DNA from: Elusimicrobiota bacterium
GTDB taxonomy: Bacteria > Elusimicrobiota > Elusimicrobia > UBA1565 > UBA9628
Reading direction: 5' to 3'
DNA: 44,522 bases
NCBI GenBank assembly: GCA_038060535.1
Contig: JBBTHA010000128.1
Location: 1-44,522 of the forward strand
Below, piece by piece: positions 8,936 through 17,844 of this stretch (positions are counted from its first letter, which is position 1; the number at the start of each line of letters is the position of its first letter). The notes below the pieces were generated by a model. It worked only from the letters and a program-made list of their open reading frames with translations. It was not told the DNA's origin and did not search any database. A program made the position numbers and the translations under genes.

Positions 8936-9294
8936 TTCCGCTCCCGCAGGACGCGGAAATGCACCACCCGCATCGCTTCATCCTCTTGGATTTGGCGTCC
9001 GTTGGCGAAGTTCATCTTTTCCTTGAGCTCGGCCAGGGTGATCGCTTCCCGGTCGGCAAGATCCTGGTCGAAACTGCCAAAGAGACGCAGCTCCACGGAG
9101 GTCACCACCAGCTTGGCGCGGAAGTTGCCGTGCTTATCGACGAGACTGAGCTCATCGCCAGCCGCCAGTTCCGCGTCCTCGGGATCGTAGGCGGGGCACG
9201 CCGTGGCCGTCTTCCGGCCTGCGAGTATGGAGGAAATCAGCCTTTCTCCCAGACCCCCGTCGCCGTACCAGCCGAAACGAAAACGTTTTGTCAC
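8932..9294 (-). CDS. ASCH domain protein
   Basis: 120-aa ORF. ILAGRKTATACP resembles the ASCH G.KT.T motif, and the size is typical of stand-alone ASCH proteins. Confidence 0.65.
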   Translation of the reverse strand: MTKRFRFGWYGDGGLGERLISSILAGRKTATACPAYDPEDAELAAGDELSLVDKHGNFRAKLVVTSVELRLFGSFDQDLADREAITLAELKEKMNFANGRQIQEDEAMRVVHFRVLRERK

Positions 9295-9316
9295 CCCTGA
9301 AGATTATATCAATTCC

Positions 9317-9805
9317 TCAGAGCGCGGCGCTTTTCGAGGAGCAGCTTCGGCACACGCCGAAGACTTCGTGGCGATGCCACTTGGGCCTAAAGCCCGCCTT
9401 ACGGCACGCCGCGTCCTGAATTTTTTCGAGATTGGGCCAGCGCACCTCCAAAATGCGGCCGCACTCGATGCAAATGAGGTGATCGTGATGGGGACGATTC
9501 AGCTCTATCTCGAAGCGCGTCGCGCCGCCGTGCCCGACGATGGGCGAGAGCAGCCCGCATTCCTGGAGCATTTTGAGCATGCGAAAGACGGTGGCTCGGC
9601 CCACGCCATGGGGGCGAACGGCGTGGAAGATGTCCTCCTGGCTGAGATGACGGTCTGTTCGGAGAAATTGCTCCAGGATCAAGCGCCGGGGGCTGGTCAG
9701 GCGCAGCCCGTTTTTGGCCAGGTGCTCGGCAAACAGACGGGTGATTCGGTGGTTGTAGGCGCGTTGGTCCCCCTGTCCGTTTTCGTAGACGACAAGCTCC
9801 CTCAT
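9317..9805 (-). CDS. Fur family transcriptional regulator (Fur/PerR/Zur type not resolvable)
   Basis: 162-aa ORF. Winged-helix N-domain, HHDHLICIECG motif and a second CxxC (CRSC) giving a Cys4 structural site. Confidence 0.85.
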   Translation of the reverse strand: MRELVVYENGQGDQRAYNHRITRLFAEHLAKNGLRLTSPRRLILEQFLRTDRHLSQEDIFHAVRPHGVGRATVFRMLKMLQECGLLSPIVGHGGATRFEIELNRPHHDHLICIECGRILEVRWPNLEKIQDAACRKAGFRPKWHRHEVFGVCRSCSSKSAAL

Positions 9806-9811
9806 GGCGAT

Positions 9812-9840
9812 AGGGTACCAGTCGCGATACGGTGCGTCAA
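9812..9840 (-). promoter_or_regulatory. candidate promoter of the Fur-family gene, geometry compatible with a leaderless mRNA
   Basis: Minus strand TTGACG (9840-9835), 17 nt, TACCCT (9817-9812). Only 6 nt separate the -10 from the ATG at 9805, and there is no SD. Confidence 0.4.
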
Positions 9841-9863
9841 GAAGAAGCGGCCTTGGAAAACGC

Positions 9864-10607
9864 TCAAATCCGCTCCACGCAGGAGGCCAAGACCCACCCT
9901 TTCACCCCTTCCTTGAGCAGGCCGACTTCCAGCCATTGCCCGTTGTGAGAAAGAATTCGCACCCGACGTCCTTCCGGCGCGATATAACCCACGGAAAATT
10001 TTTCCCCGGGTCCGTTGCGCAACTCGGCTCGGGTCGTCGTGATGACGCCGCGTCCGACGGGCAGCACCGCTTGCAGTCCTGCCCACCACAGACCGAAGAC
10101 GATCCAGGCCGAGCAGCAGAAGGCGGCGGCCGAACGCAAGGACGTCGACGTTTCGTCGCTTCGCTTGGCGGCGATAAAACCCAGTCCCGCGAGAATCAGG
10201 GTCAGCCAGGCGCTGACCCAGTGCAAGCCCGCGAGCTCTCGGGAGGATAAAAAGGTGAAAGCGAAAAAAGCGAGCGGCGGGACTCCCGGAGCGATGAGTT
10301 CCTCCCCCGCCCGCTTTAACGCGAAATCGAGATTGGCGCGGACATCCGCGTCGCGGGGATCGAGGTCGAAGGCTCGTTGATAGGCGGCGACCGCGCTTCC
10401 GAGCTTTCCGGATTTCAACAGGGCGTTGCCCAGATCGTATTGCAACGCGGCGTTGCGCGGGTTTTGGGCGGCCAGAGCGGCGAAGGCGATCGAGGACTGC
10501 TCGAAGCGCCCCGCGTCGTAGTGCGTCTTGGCCTCGTCAAAAGCGGGCGCGCAGCGCGCGGGCGTCGTCAAGGACAGCCCGGCGAGCAGGGCGATGGCGA
10601 TCATCAT
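9864..10607 (-). CDS. batE: BatE-like TPR + SH3b domain membrane protein
   Basis: 247-aa ORF. Signal peptide, TPR repeats (AAYQRAFDLDPRDADVRANL), two TM helices, and a C-terminal SH3-like segment (GRRVRILSHNGQWLEVGLLKEGVKGWV). Last gene of the Bat-type operon. Confidence 0.7.
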   Translation of the reverse strand: MMIAIALLAGLSLTTPARCAPAFDEAKTHYDAGRFEQSSIAFAALAAQNPRNAALQYDLGNALLKSGKLGSAVAAYQRAFDLDPRDADVRANLDFALKRAGEELIAPGVPPLAFFAFTFLSSRELAGLHWVSAWLTLILAGLGFIAAKRSDETSTSLRSAAAFCCSAWIVFGLWWAGLQAVLPVGRGVITTTRAELRNGPGEKFSVGYIAPEGRRVRILSHNGQWLEVGLLKEGVKGWVLASCVERI

Positions 10608-12379
10608 TTCCGCTCCTTGTCGAAGGCCGTCATGAGAGCTTGGATGTCCGAGGCGAGGCGCTCGATTTCGGCTTGATTTGCGGCTTTAGGCGCGAAACGA
10701 AGAAGGTCAAGTTCCTCCCAAACGACTTTCAGGCGCGGCAAGGATGCCCCCCCGTGCGCGCGTTCGGCGACCGATTTATACGTCAGTCCCGCGACCGGTT
10801 GATTCAAGATGTCGGCGAAATAACCGGAGAGGGCCTCGGCCAGCAGCGTGACGGCGCGTGAGGGGTCCGAGCCGGCTTGAGCGGCTTGGCGCAGGCGGCG
10901 TTCGGCCGTCGCGCGCGCGTGCCGCGCGCGACGCGCGCGGGGATCCGATGTCAGAAGGCGGCGGCGCCATTCGAGGAGGATGGAACCGAAACAGAATAGG
11001 AACGGAAGCGCGTGCCAAGGCCGGGTCGCGCCGAATGCGGCGAGCGCGTCGCCGACCACAGAGCGGTCGTCCGGGATCTTAATGTAGCGGATGTCCTCGG
11101 AGACCGCGGTCACGTCCGGAGCGGACACAGCGCCGGGACCGCTCGCGGGAAAGGACGCGTTCGCCGGCCCGGGCAGGACGTTCAGCCGCAGAGGCGGGCT
11201 TTTGACCCGGACATAGGCGCGCTTGTCCGAGTCGAAATAGGAGGCGCTCAAGGCCGGTATCTCCAGCGTGCCCGAGACGCGGGGGACCATCACGGTCCGG
11301 AATATCTTTTTTCCTCCTGCCTTGTCTCCGCTGCGTTCCGGGGTAAACGAGTTTTCGGAAGAGAAAAAACGGGCGGCGGAGATCTCGGGGCGTTTGGGCT
11401 CGGCGGCGGACTGAAGATTGCCCAGACCTTGAACGGTGACCGTGAGGGTGACGGCCTCTCCCACCTTGACCGCGGCTCGATCGATGGAGGTCGCGATGGT
11501 CAGCGCTCCCACCACTCCGGAAAAGTCGTCCGGCGCGTTGGGCGGCAAGGCCTCCACGTTTAATTCGAGGGGATCGCTGATGAGGCGGCGGGTTTCCGGG
11601 GACGACATGCCGAAGAAGCGGTCGAAGAAGTCATCGCCCGTGCGCATGTGCCGAGTGGGCAACTGGACCGTCACGACGGCCTGACCGACGCCGGCTCGGC
11701 CGCTTTGAACGGGGAACAGGGCGGTCCTGATTTCCGAGTAATTGTAGACTCGACCCCCGATCGTCGTCGTCCCCTGCCCGGAAGAGCCCAGGTCCTCGGA
11801 CAACAGGCCGGAGAGTTTCGGGGCTTCGTAGCGCGGCTGTCCGATCAGCGGCACGGCCGTCAGGAAGCGTATGACCATCGTGACTTGTTCATTGACGAAC
11901 GCGCGCTTCTTGGCGAGAGCGGCGGTGACGAATGCATCGGGCGCCTGGGCGCCGGGCCGGGGCGGAGCTGGGGCATGAGGTTCGCCCGCCGGCGGCCGCG
12001 GGCTTTGGGCGGGCGCGCCGGGGCCCAGGACTTCGAATTCGATGGCTTCGGTGGGCGCGGCGCCAGGCACGCTGAGGGGCGGTATGCGGAATTTCCCCGG
12101 CTTTCGAGGGCTCAGCACGTAGGAGTAGGCGATGCTCGACGTCATGCTGCCGTTTTGGATCACCATGCTTTGGCTTCGCCCCGACTCGTAGGTTTCGACG
12201 TTGTCGATCTTGGGCGCGGGCACCGTCGCCGAAGCCGAGCCGGAGACCGTGACGGTCAGCAGGAGTTGTTCCCCCAAGGAAATCCGGTCGTTGTCGAGGG
12301 AGGCCGAGACGCTCACTGCCTGCGCGCGCGCGCCGGCGCCGCACAAGAGCGCGAGCAGGACGTAGGCGGCGGTCTTCAC
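10604..12379 (-). CDS. batD: BatD family protein
   Basis: 591-aa ORF. Signal peptide, repeated beta-rich modules, a C-terminal TM helix plus a helical tail. Its position after BatB/C is as in Bacteroides-type aerotolerance operons. GTG start overlaps the batB stop (GTGA). Confidence 0.7.
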   Translation of the reverse strand: MKTAAYVLLALLCGAGARAQAVSVSASLDNDRISLGEQLLLTVTVSGSASATVPAPKIDNVETYESGRSQSMVIQNGSMTSSIAYSYVLSPRKPGKFRIPPLSVPGAAPTEAIEFEVLGPGAPAQSPRPPAGEPHAPAPPRPGAQAPDAFVTAALAKKRAFVNEQVTMVIRFLTAVPLIGQPRYEAPKLSGLLSEDLGSSGQGTTTIGGRVYNYSEIRTALFPVQSGRAGVGQAVVTVQLPTRHMRTGDDFFDRFFGMSSPETRRLISDPLELNVEALPPNAPDDFSGVVGALTIATSIDRAAVKVGEAVTLTVTVQGLGNLQSAAEPKRPEISAARFFSSENSFTPERSGDKAGGKKIFRTVMVPRVSGTLEIPALSASYFDSDKRAYVRVKSPPLRLNVLPGPANASFPASGPGAVSAPDVTAVSEDIRYIKIPDDRSVVGDALAAFGATRPWHALPFLFCFGSILLEWRRRLLTSDPRARRARHARATAERRLRQAAQAGSDPSRAVTLLAEALSGYFADILNQPVAGLTYKSVAERAHGGASLPRLKVVWEELDLLRFAPKAANQAEIERLASDIQALMTAFDKERK

Positions 12380-14043
12380 CAGTCCTCACCCGATGGAGGC
12401 CGAGCCGCCGACCGGGCAGAGCGAGACTGCTTCGCCTGGCGTTGGGTCTGTTTTTCTCGTTCGTCGACGGCGCGCAAGACGCGGTCGGCCTCATCCTTGC
12501 TCAAGGAGTCCTGGGGACGGGATTTCGGAGGATCATTCTTGCGTTCGTTGTTGTTGTCCCGGCCGTCCTTGGATTGCTCCTTTTTATCCTGGGGCTTGTT
12601 CGGATCGTCTTTCTTCGAATCTTTCTTGTTTTGCGTCTTGGGAGGATTTTTCAGGCGTTCCATGGCCACGGCCAGATTGTGGCGCGCGGCCGCGTCGTTG
12701 GGAGTCAAGGTCAAAGCGCCGCGGTAAGCCGCGGCGGCGCCGGCGAAGTCTCCCCCGGTGTAGCGCGCGTTGCCGAGGTTGTAGAGCGAGGCGGAGCGGG
12801 TGGCGGGCGGGCTGTTGGGGTTTTTGGCCAGATCTTCGAAAATCTCGGCGGCGTCCTGGGCTTTTTCCATCCGGTACAACGCGTCTCCTGAATTGAATGT
12901 CGCGCGGGAGTCTTTCGGCCGGCGTTCGGCCGCGCGCGCGTAGCGTTCCAACGCTTGCTCGTAGAGCCCTTGTCCGTACAGGCGGTTGCCGGCGCGTAAA
13001 TCGGATTCCGCCGTGGCTGAAAACGCCGGAGAAGCGAACAAAGGGAGCAACGCGCCGACGGTCGCGACGTTGCGCCAAACCGGCAAGGCGAGTTCAATGA
13101 GGAGAAGGAGGAATGCGGCCGCCGCGGGCCAACGGTAGCGGTTGCGCCAGAGATTCGCGGTTCCGGAGACCCCCTTGGCGGCGTCGAGCTCTTTGACTCG
13201 CTTGGCGATGTCGGCGATTTCATCGGTGCCTGGGGTGGTTCTATAGTAGGCGCCTTGCGTCTCGCGGGCGATGTGTCCCAGCATGTTTTCATCGAGGCGG
13301 CTGACCACCGTCGTGCCCTTGGCGTTCTTATGGTAGGCGCCTCCTTCCCCGGGGATGGGTTCCCCCTCGGGCGTGCCGATCCCGACGGTAAAGACCCGGA
13401 CTCCGGCCGCGGCGGCCTCTTTGGACGCGCCCTGAGGATCGGAGCGGTGGTCCTCTCCGTCGGTGAGCAAGACCACGGCCTTGCCGCCGGGGTAGCGGCC
13501 CAGCATGGCCGTCGCCGTGCGCAGCGCGGCTCCAACGGCGGTCCCCGGGTTTGGCACGGCGCCAATCGACACGGCGCCGAGGAGTTCTTTGGCCGCGTCG
13601 TTGTCCATCGTCAGGGGACATATGATCTGGGCGCTGCCGGCGAAGGCGACGACTCCGACGCGTTCGCCGCGGAGTTGATCGATGAGCAGCGACAACGAGG
13701 CCTTGGCGCGCTCCAAGCGATTCGGCTTGACGTCGGCGGTCAGCATCGACAGCGACACGTCGATGGCGATCACCACTTGCCGCGCATCCGAGCGCGTTTC
13801 GACTAGCTCGATGCCGAATTGCGGGCCGGCCAAGGAGATCATGAGCAGGCCGATAGACGCCCAGCGCAGGCGGGCGCATGCGCCGCGCCGGGACGCGGAG
13901 GGGGCGGCCGTGCGGACCAAGGTGGCCGTTCGGCCCAGCGCGTCGCCGACGCGTCGGCGGCGCGCGCAAGCCCAGGACGACAATGCCCAAGCGGCCAGCA
14001 GCACGGGGACCGCCGCGGCAAGCCACCAGGGCTGACGGAACAT
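12376..14043 (-). CDS. batB: VWA domain protein fused to TPR/charged-tail module (BatB-BatC fusion)
   Basis: N-terminal TM pair, VWA/MIDAS (IAIDVSLSM ... VVLLTDGEDH), TM, TPR repeats, then a K/D/E/Q-rich tail (KNPPKTQNKKDSKKDDPNKPQDKKEQSKD...SKDEADRVLRAVDEREKQTQ) typical of BatC. I prefer the ATG at 14043 (GAGGTG RBS 6 nt upstream, TGATG overlap with batA) over the GTG at 14052 in the ORF track. Confidence 0.8.
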   Translation of the reverse strand: MFRQPWWLAAAVPVLLAAWALSSWACARRRRVGDALGRTATLVRTAAPSASRRGACARLRWASIGLLMISLAGPQFGIELVETRSDARQVVIAIDVSLSMLTADVKPNRLERAKASLSLLIDQLRGERVGVVAFAGSAQIICPLTMDNDAAKELLGAVSIGAVPNPGTAVGAALRTATAMLGRYPGGKAVVLLTDGEDHRSDPQGASKEAAAAGVRVFTVGIGTPEGEPIPGEGGAYHKNAKGTTVVSRLDENMLGHIARETQGAYYRTTPGTDEIADIAKRVKELDAAKGVSGTANLWRNRYRWPAAAAFLLLLIELALPVWRNVATVGALLPLFASPAFSATAESDLRAGNRLYGQGLYEQALERYARAAERRPKDSRATFNSGDALYRMEKAQDAAEIFEDLAKNPNSPPATRSASLYNLGNARYTGGDFAGAAAAYRGALTLTPNDAAARHNLAVAMERLKNPPKTQNKKDSKKDDPNKPQDKKEQSKDGRDNNNERKNDPPKSRPQDSLSKDEADRVLRAVDEREKQTQRQAKQSRSARSAARPPSGEDW

Positions 14044-15029
14044 CAGGGCCACCTCAGCAGCGGGCCGGCCGAGAGCGCCGCTTCCAAAAGCAGGAGAAAC
14101 ACCGCGATCAGCAGCGGCCAGGAATGGAGGTCGCCCACAGCCGCCATTTTCGGCAGGGAGACTTTCGATTTTTCCAGCCGGTTGATCTCGGAGAAAATGC
14201 GCTTGAGCTCGCCGTCGTCCTGGGCGCGAAACGACTTGCCTTCCGTCAGGCGCGCGATTTCGTTGAGCAGCTCCTCGTCGAGATCGTCTTGGACCGGCAC
14301 GGTCACTCGTCCATAGCGCGGATCGTCGAGCGTCATGGACGATTCGCCTTTGCTGGCCGTTCCAACGGTGTAGATTTTTATCGCGTAGGTCGCGGCGGCT
14401 TTAGCCGCCGTCAGCGGATCGATGATCCCAGTGTTGCTGCGTCCGTCGGTGAGAAGGACGATCACCTTGCTCTTGGCGTTGGAATCCTTCAGGCGGGAGA
14501 CGGCCGTGGCCAGACCGTCGCCGAGGGCCGTGCCGTCGACCCGGGTCATGCCGGCCTCCATCTCATCGAGCCGTCCCAGGAGCGCGTCGTAGTCGAGCGT
14601 CGCGGGACACGCCAACAGGGGCGCTCCCCCGAACGTGACCAGACCGATTCTATCCTGAGACCGGCCCTGGACGAACCGGCGAGCCGTGTCCTTGGCCGCG
14701 TCGAGGCGGGTGGGTTTGAAGTCGACGGCGTTCATCGACAAGGAACTGTCGATGGCCAGGATGATGTCGATGCCTTCGCCGGACCCTCCGGATAAACGGA
14801 GGATCTTCTGCGGCCGAGCCAGGGCCGTCGCGATGAGGGCCAAAGCCAGGCCCTGCAGTACGGCGGGCGCCAGCCGCGCCGCGCGCACGCGCAGACCGCG
14901 GGAGCGGCCTCGGGGCATTCCCGTTTCGGGCATGCCGAGTTTTCCCCCTCCCGGCCGCCAAATCGCTGCGGCCGCCGTCAGGACGGCGGGAACAAGAAGC
15001 AGCAGCGCCCAGGGTTCCACGAACCTCAT
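14043..15029 (-). CDS. batA: VWA domain protein BatA
   Basis: 328-aa ORF. MRFVEPWALLLLVPAVL N-terminus, MIDAS (LAIDSSLSM ... IVLLTDGRSNTG), and a C-terminal TM helix. Confidence 0.8.
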   Translation of the reverse strand: MRFVEPWALLLLVPAVLTAAAAIWRPGGGKLGMPETGMPRGRSRGLRVRAARLAPAVLQGLALALIATALARPQKILRLSGGSGEGIDIILAIDSSLSMNAVDFKPTRLDAAKDTARRFVQGRSQDRIGLVTFGGAPLLACPATLDYDALLGRLDEMEAGMTRVDGTALGDGLATAVSRLKDSNAKSKVIVLLTDGRSNTGIIDPLTAAKAAATYAIKIYTVGTASKGESSMTLDDPRYGRVTVPVQDDLDEELLNEIARLTEGKSFRAQDDGELKRIFSEINRLEKSKVSLPKMAAVGDLHSWPLLIAVFLLLLEAALSAGPLLRWP

Positions 15030-15877
15030 CGAGAGGGCTCCTGTTCAGGGGGCGTCGTTTCCTTGATGAGAGTCAAGGCGAGGTCCGCGTCGCGCGGACC
15101 TTCATCGGGAGAGGACTTTGCGCGCGCGAATTTAACGAGGTCCGCCCGGTTCAAAAGCTCTCGAACCGACCCCCCCACGCGCAGATCTTGGGCGCGCGCT
15201 TTGACCAGGCGCGAGATCTCCACGCTCGTCATCGCGGTCACGGGCTCATCGTAGCGCGCTTCGAGGTAGTTCCGCAGGATGTCGGTCAAACGCAGATAGT
15301 AGGCGGCTTGGTCGTTGTCCCACAACTTCGAGGCGAGCAGCGCTTCGATCGCTTCGATGGCTATGACCTCGGGAGCGCGCGAGGGCGCCGGCTCGGCCGA
15401 CGCCCCATCGAGAGCGCGGCGGCGCCCTTTCAGGCGTTTCCAGGCGAACCACGCGCAGCCAATGAGCGTCGCGGCCAACAGCCACGGCCACAAGGCGGGG
15501 CGGGCCCTCAGCGGATCCTTGATGTCGAGGATCTCCGCGTCCTTGGGCACGACGGCCTCTTCGACCCGAAAAGACACGGGCGGCGCGGCCAGCGGCTGTC
15601 CTTGCTCGGTGAGATATCGGGCGACGAATGAGACGGTTCCAGTCGACAAGGGAAGGATCGTCCAGACCCACGCGCCATCGCTTTCCTGAGCTTTGACGAC
15701 GGCGAAGTCCTCGTTGGCCGAAGCTGGCGTGTCGGCTTGAAGGCGGGGCGGGGCCCCGCGGTAGCTCACGGTCGTATCGGCCGCTAGAACGGCGATCGAA
15801 GACGCCTGCACCTGCCATGAGTCCTGCTGGGCCGGCGCGCTCGCTCCCAGAGCGAGGATCAAGGCGAAAAGAGTCAC
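15026..15877 (-). CDS. DUF4381-like membrane protein with N-terminal beta-rich extension
   Basis: 283-aa ORF. Signal peptide, about 130-aa extension, DIKDP...WPWLLAATLIGCAWFAW TM helix, then a helical C-domain ending ADLVKFARAKSSP. It occupies the DUF58-to-BatA slot of Bat operons. GTGA overlap upstream, ATGA downstream. Confidence 0.55.
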   Translation of the reverse strand: MTLFALILALGASAPAQQDSWQVQASSIAVLAADTTVSYRGAPPRLQADTPASANEDFAVVKAQESDGAWVWTILPLSTGTVSFVARYLTEQGQPLAAPPVSFRVEEAVVPKDAEILDIKDPLRARPALWPWLLAATLIGCAWFAWKRLKGRRRALDGASAEPAPSRAPEVIAIEAIEALLASKLWDNDQAAYYLRLTDILRNYLEARYDEPVTAMTSVEISRLVKARAQDLRVGGSVRELLNRADLVKFARAKSSPDEGPRDADLALTLIKETTPPEQEPSR

Positions 15878-16752
15878 AAACTTCTCCGCCGCGCCCGCCT
15901 GCGAAAGAAAGCGAGGAGCGGGTCCAAGGAGGGGCGGTCGGTGCCCACGCGCACCGCTTCAAGCCCGCTGGAGCGAAAAATCTTGGCGAGCTCGGCGCGG
16001 CGGGCGGCCTGCGTCTGGGCGAATTGAGCTCCATCGGCGCGCAAGTCGAGGACATCCTCGATTCCGGTTTCAGGATCGCGGATCGAGACGATGGCGTCGA
16101 CATCGGGCAGGGAGGACTCCCGGGGGTCTTCGATGACTACGGGTATGAGGTCGTGCTTGAGCGCGCACAGCTTGAGCGCCCGCTCGAACCCGGAGTCGCG
16201 AAAATCCGAGACGAGGACCAAGATGCAGCGGCGTTTGAGCATGCGCGTGATCCGCTCGAGGGAGGGCGAGAGGGCGGTTCCCTTGCCGCGGGGTTCGAAG
16301 GCGAGAATTTCGCGGATGACGGCGAGGACATGCCTGCGTCCTTTGCGGGGCGGGACGAATCGCTCCAAGCTTTGCGTGAAGACGGCCAGGCCGACCTTGT
16401 CGTTGTTTTGAAAAGCGGCGAAGGCGAGCGCCGCCGCAATCTCCACGGCGGCCTCTCTTTTTAACCGATCGGCCGACCCGAATGATTGCGAGGCCGAGAG
16501 GTCGACGGCGATGACGACGGTGAGCTCCCGCTCCTCGACGTATTGCCGGACGAAAGGTTTTCCCGTCCGGGCGCTGACGTTGCGGTCTATGTCGCGGGGA
16601 TCGTCGCCTTCGGCGTACTCCCGCACGGAGGAGAACTCCATTCCGCGCCCTTTGAACAAGCTGAGGTAGTCCCCGGAGAAGCTTTCCGAGACGAGGCGGC
16701 CGGTGACGATTTCCAGCCGTCGAACTTGCGCAAGGATGTCCTGCGGGAGCAT
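15874..16752 (-). CDS. DUF58 domain protein
   Basis: 292-aa ORF. GDYLSLFKGRGMEFSSVREYAEGDDPRDIDRNVSARTGKPFVRQYVEERE is the DUF58 signature, followed by a VWA-like fold (VIAVDLSASQSFG). Confidence 0.85.
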   Translation of the reverse strand: MLPQDILAQVRRLEIVTGRLVSESFSGDYLSLFKGRGMEFSSVREYAEGDDPRDIDRNVSARTGKPFVRQYVEERELTVVIAVDLSASQSFGSADRLKREAAVEIAAALAFAAFQNNDKVGLAVFTQSLERFVPPRKGRRHVLAVIREILAFEPRGKGTALSPSLERITRMLKRRCILVLVSDFRDSGFERALKLCALKHDLIPVVIEDPRESSLPDVDAIVSIRDPETGIEDVLDLRADGAQFAQTQAARRAELAKIFRSSGLEAVRVGTDRPSLDPLLAFFRRRARRRSL

Positions 16753-16755
16753 CGC

Positions 16756-17748
16756 TTAGGGGACTTCGACGGCCTCGAAGACGGCTTGAATGATTTGGTC
16801 GCTGTCGACGCCCTCGGCTTCCGCTTCATAGCTGATGAGCACCCGGTGCCGCAGGACGTCGTGTCCGATCGTTTTGACGTCTTCGGGGGTCACGTAGCCG
16901 CGTCCGTTGATGAAGGCATGCGCCTTCGCGGCTTGGGCCAGGGCGATCGTCGCCCGAGGGCTGGCGCCGTAGGCGATGAGATGCTTGTGGGAGGCCAAGC
17001 GGTGTTTTTCCGGTTCGCGAGTCGCGTAGGTGAGATCGACGATGTAGTCCTTGATCTTCTCATCGAGATAAATATTCGCAGCCGCGGCGCGGGCTTTGCC
17101 GAGCTGGGCGGTGGTCGTCACGGGCTTGACGGTGGGGATCTCGGTTCCCGCCATGCGCTCAAGAATGGATTTCTCCTCGGCCTTGCTCGGGTAGCCGAGA
17201 CGAATTTTCATCATGAAGCGATCGACCTGGGCTTCGGGCAAGGGGTAGGTGCCTTCCTGCTCGATTGGATTTTGCGTGGCCAGAACCAGGAACGGGTCGG
17301 GAAGAGCGTGAGTTTCGGGACCGATCGTCACTTGATGTTCCTGCATGGCCTCCAAGAGCGCGCTTTGCACCTTGGCGGGCGCGCGGTTGATTTCATCGGC
17401 GAGGACGAGATTGGCGAACACGGGCCCCTTGCGAGGCTTGAATTCGCCGCTTTTCGGATCGAGAATCAGGGTTCCCGTCAAATCGGCGGGCAGAAGATCG
17501 GGAGTGAATTGGATGCGCGAAAATGACGCCGAGATGCAGCGGGCCAAGGTCCGAATTGTCAGCGTTTTGGCCAGGCCGGGCACACCCTCTAGCAACACAT
17601 GGCCGCCGGCGATCAGGGCGGCCAGGATTCGGTCGAGAGTCTCATCCTGTCCGACGATGACTTTGCCGATTTCCCTTTTGAGTTCCTGGATGAACAGGCT
17701 GTCTTCGGCGACTTTGCGATTCACGTCCTTTATGCCCGAGAGCTCCAT
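16756..17748 (-). CDS. moxR: MoxR-family AAA+ ATPase
   Basis: 330-aa ORF. Walker A LLEGVPGLAKT, Walker B LADEINRAP, FMMKIRLGYP block. AAGGAG RBS 9 nt upstream of the ATG. Confidence 0.9.
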   Translation of the reverse strand: MELSGIKDVNRKVAEDSLFIQELKREIGKVIVGQDETLDRILAALIAGGHVLLEGVPGLAKTLTIRTLARCISASFSRIQFTPDLLPADLTGTLILDPKSGEFKPRKGPVFANLVLADEINRAPAKVQSALLEAMQEHQVTIGPETHALPDPFLVLATQNPIEQEGTYPLPEAQVDRFMMKIRLGYPSKAEEKSILERMAGTEIPTVKPVTTTAQLGKARAAAANIYLDEKIKDYIVDLTYATREPEKHRLASHKHLIAYGASPRATIALAQAAKAHAFINGRGYVTPEDVKTIGHDVLRHRVLISYEAEAEGVDSDQIIQAVFEAVEVP

Positions 17749-17796
17749 GGCTTCGATCTCCTTAAGAGTGCAACAGTGCGTCTTCCCATCTCAATT

Positions 17797-17825
17797 TTTA
17801 TAAAAAATATTTTTTTTGTTTTCAA
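17797..17825 (-). promoter_or_regulatory. candidate sigma-70 promoter of the moxR-bat operon
   Basis: In the only AT-rich gap of this region, minus strand TTGAAA (17825-17820), 17 nt (A/T only except one C), TATAAA (17802-17797), followed by AAGGAG and the moxR ATG. Confidence 0.55.
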
Positions 17826-17844
17826 GCGGGCCGCGCTGGTCGCG

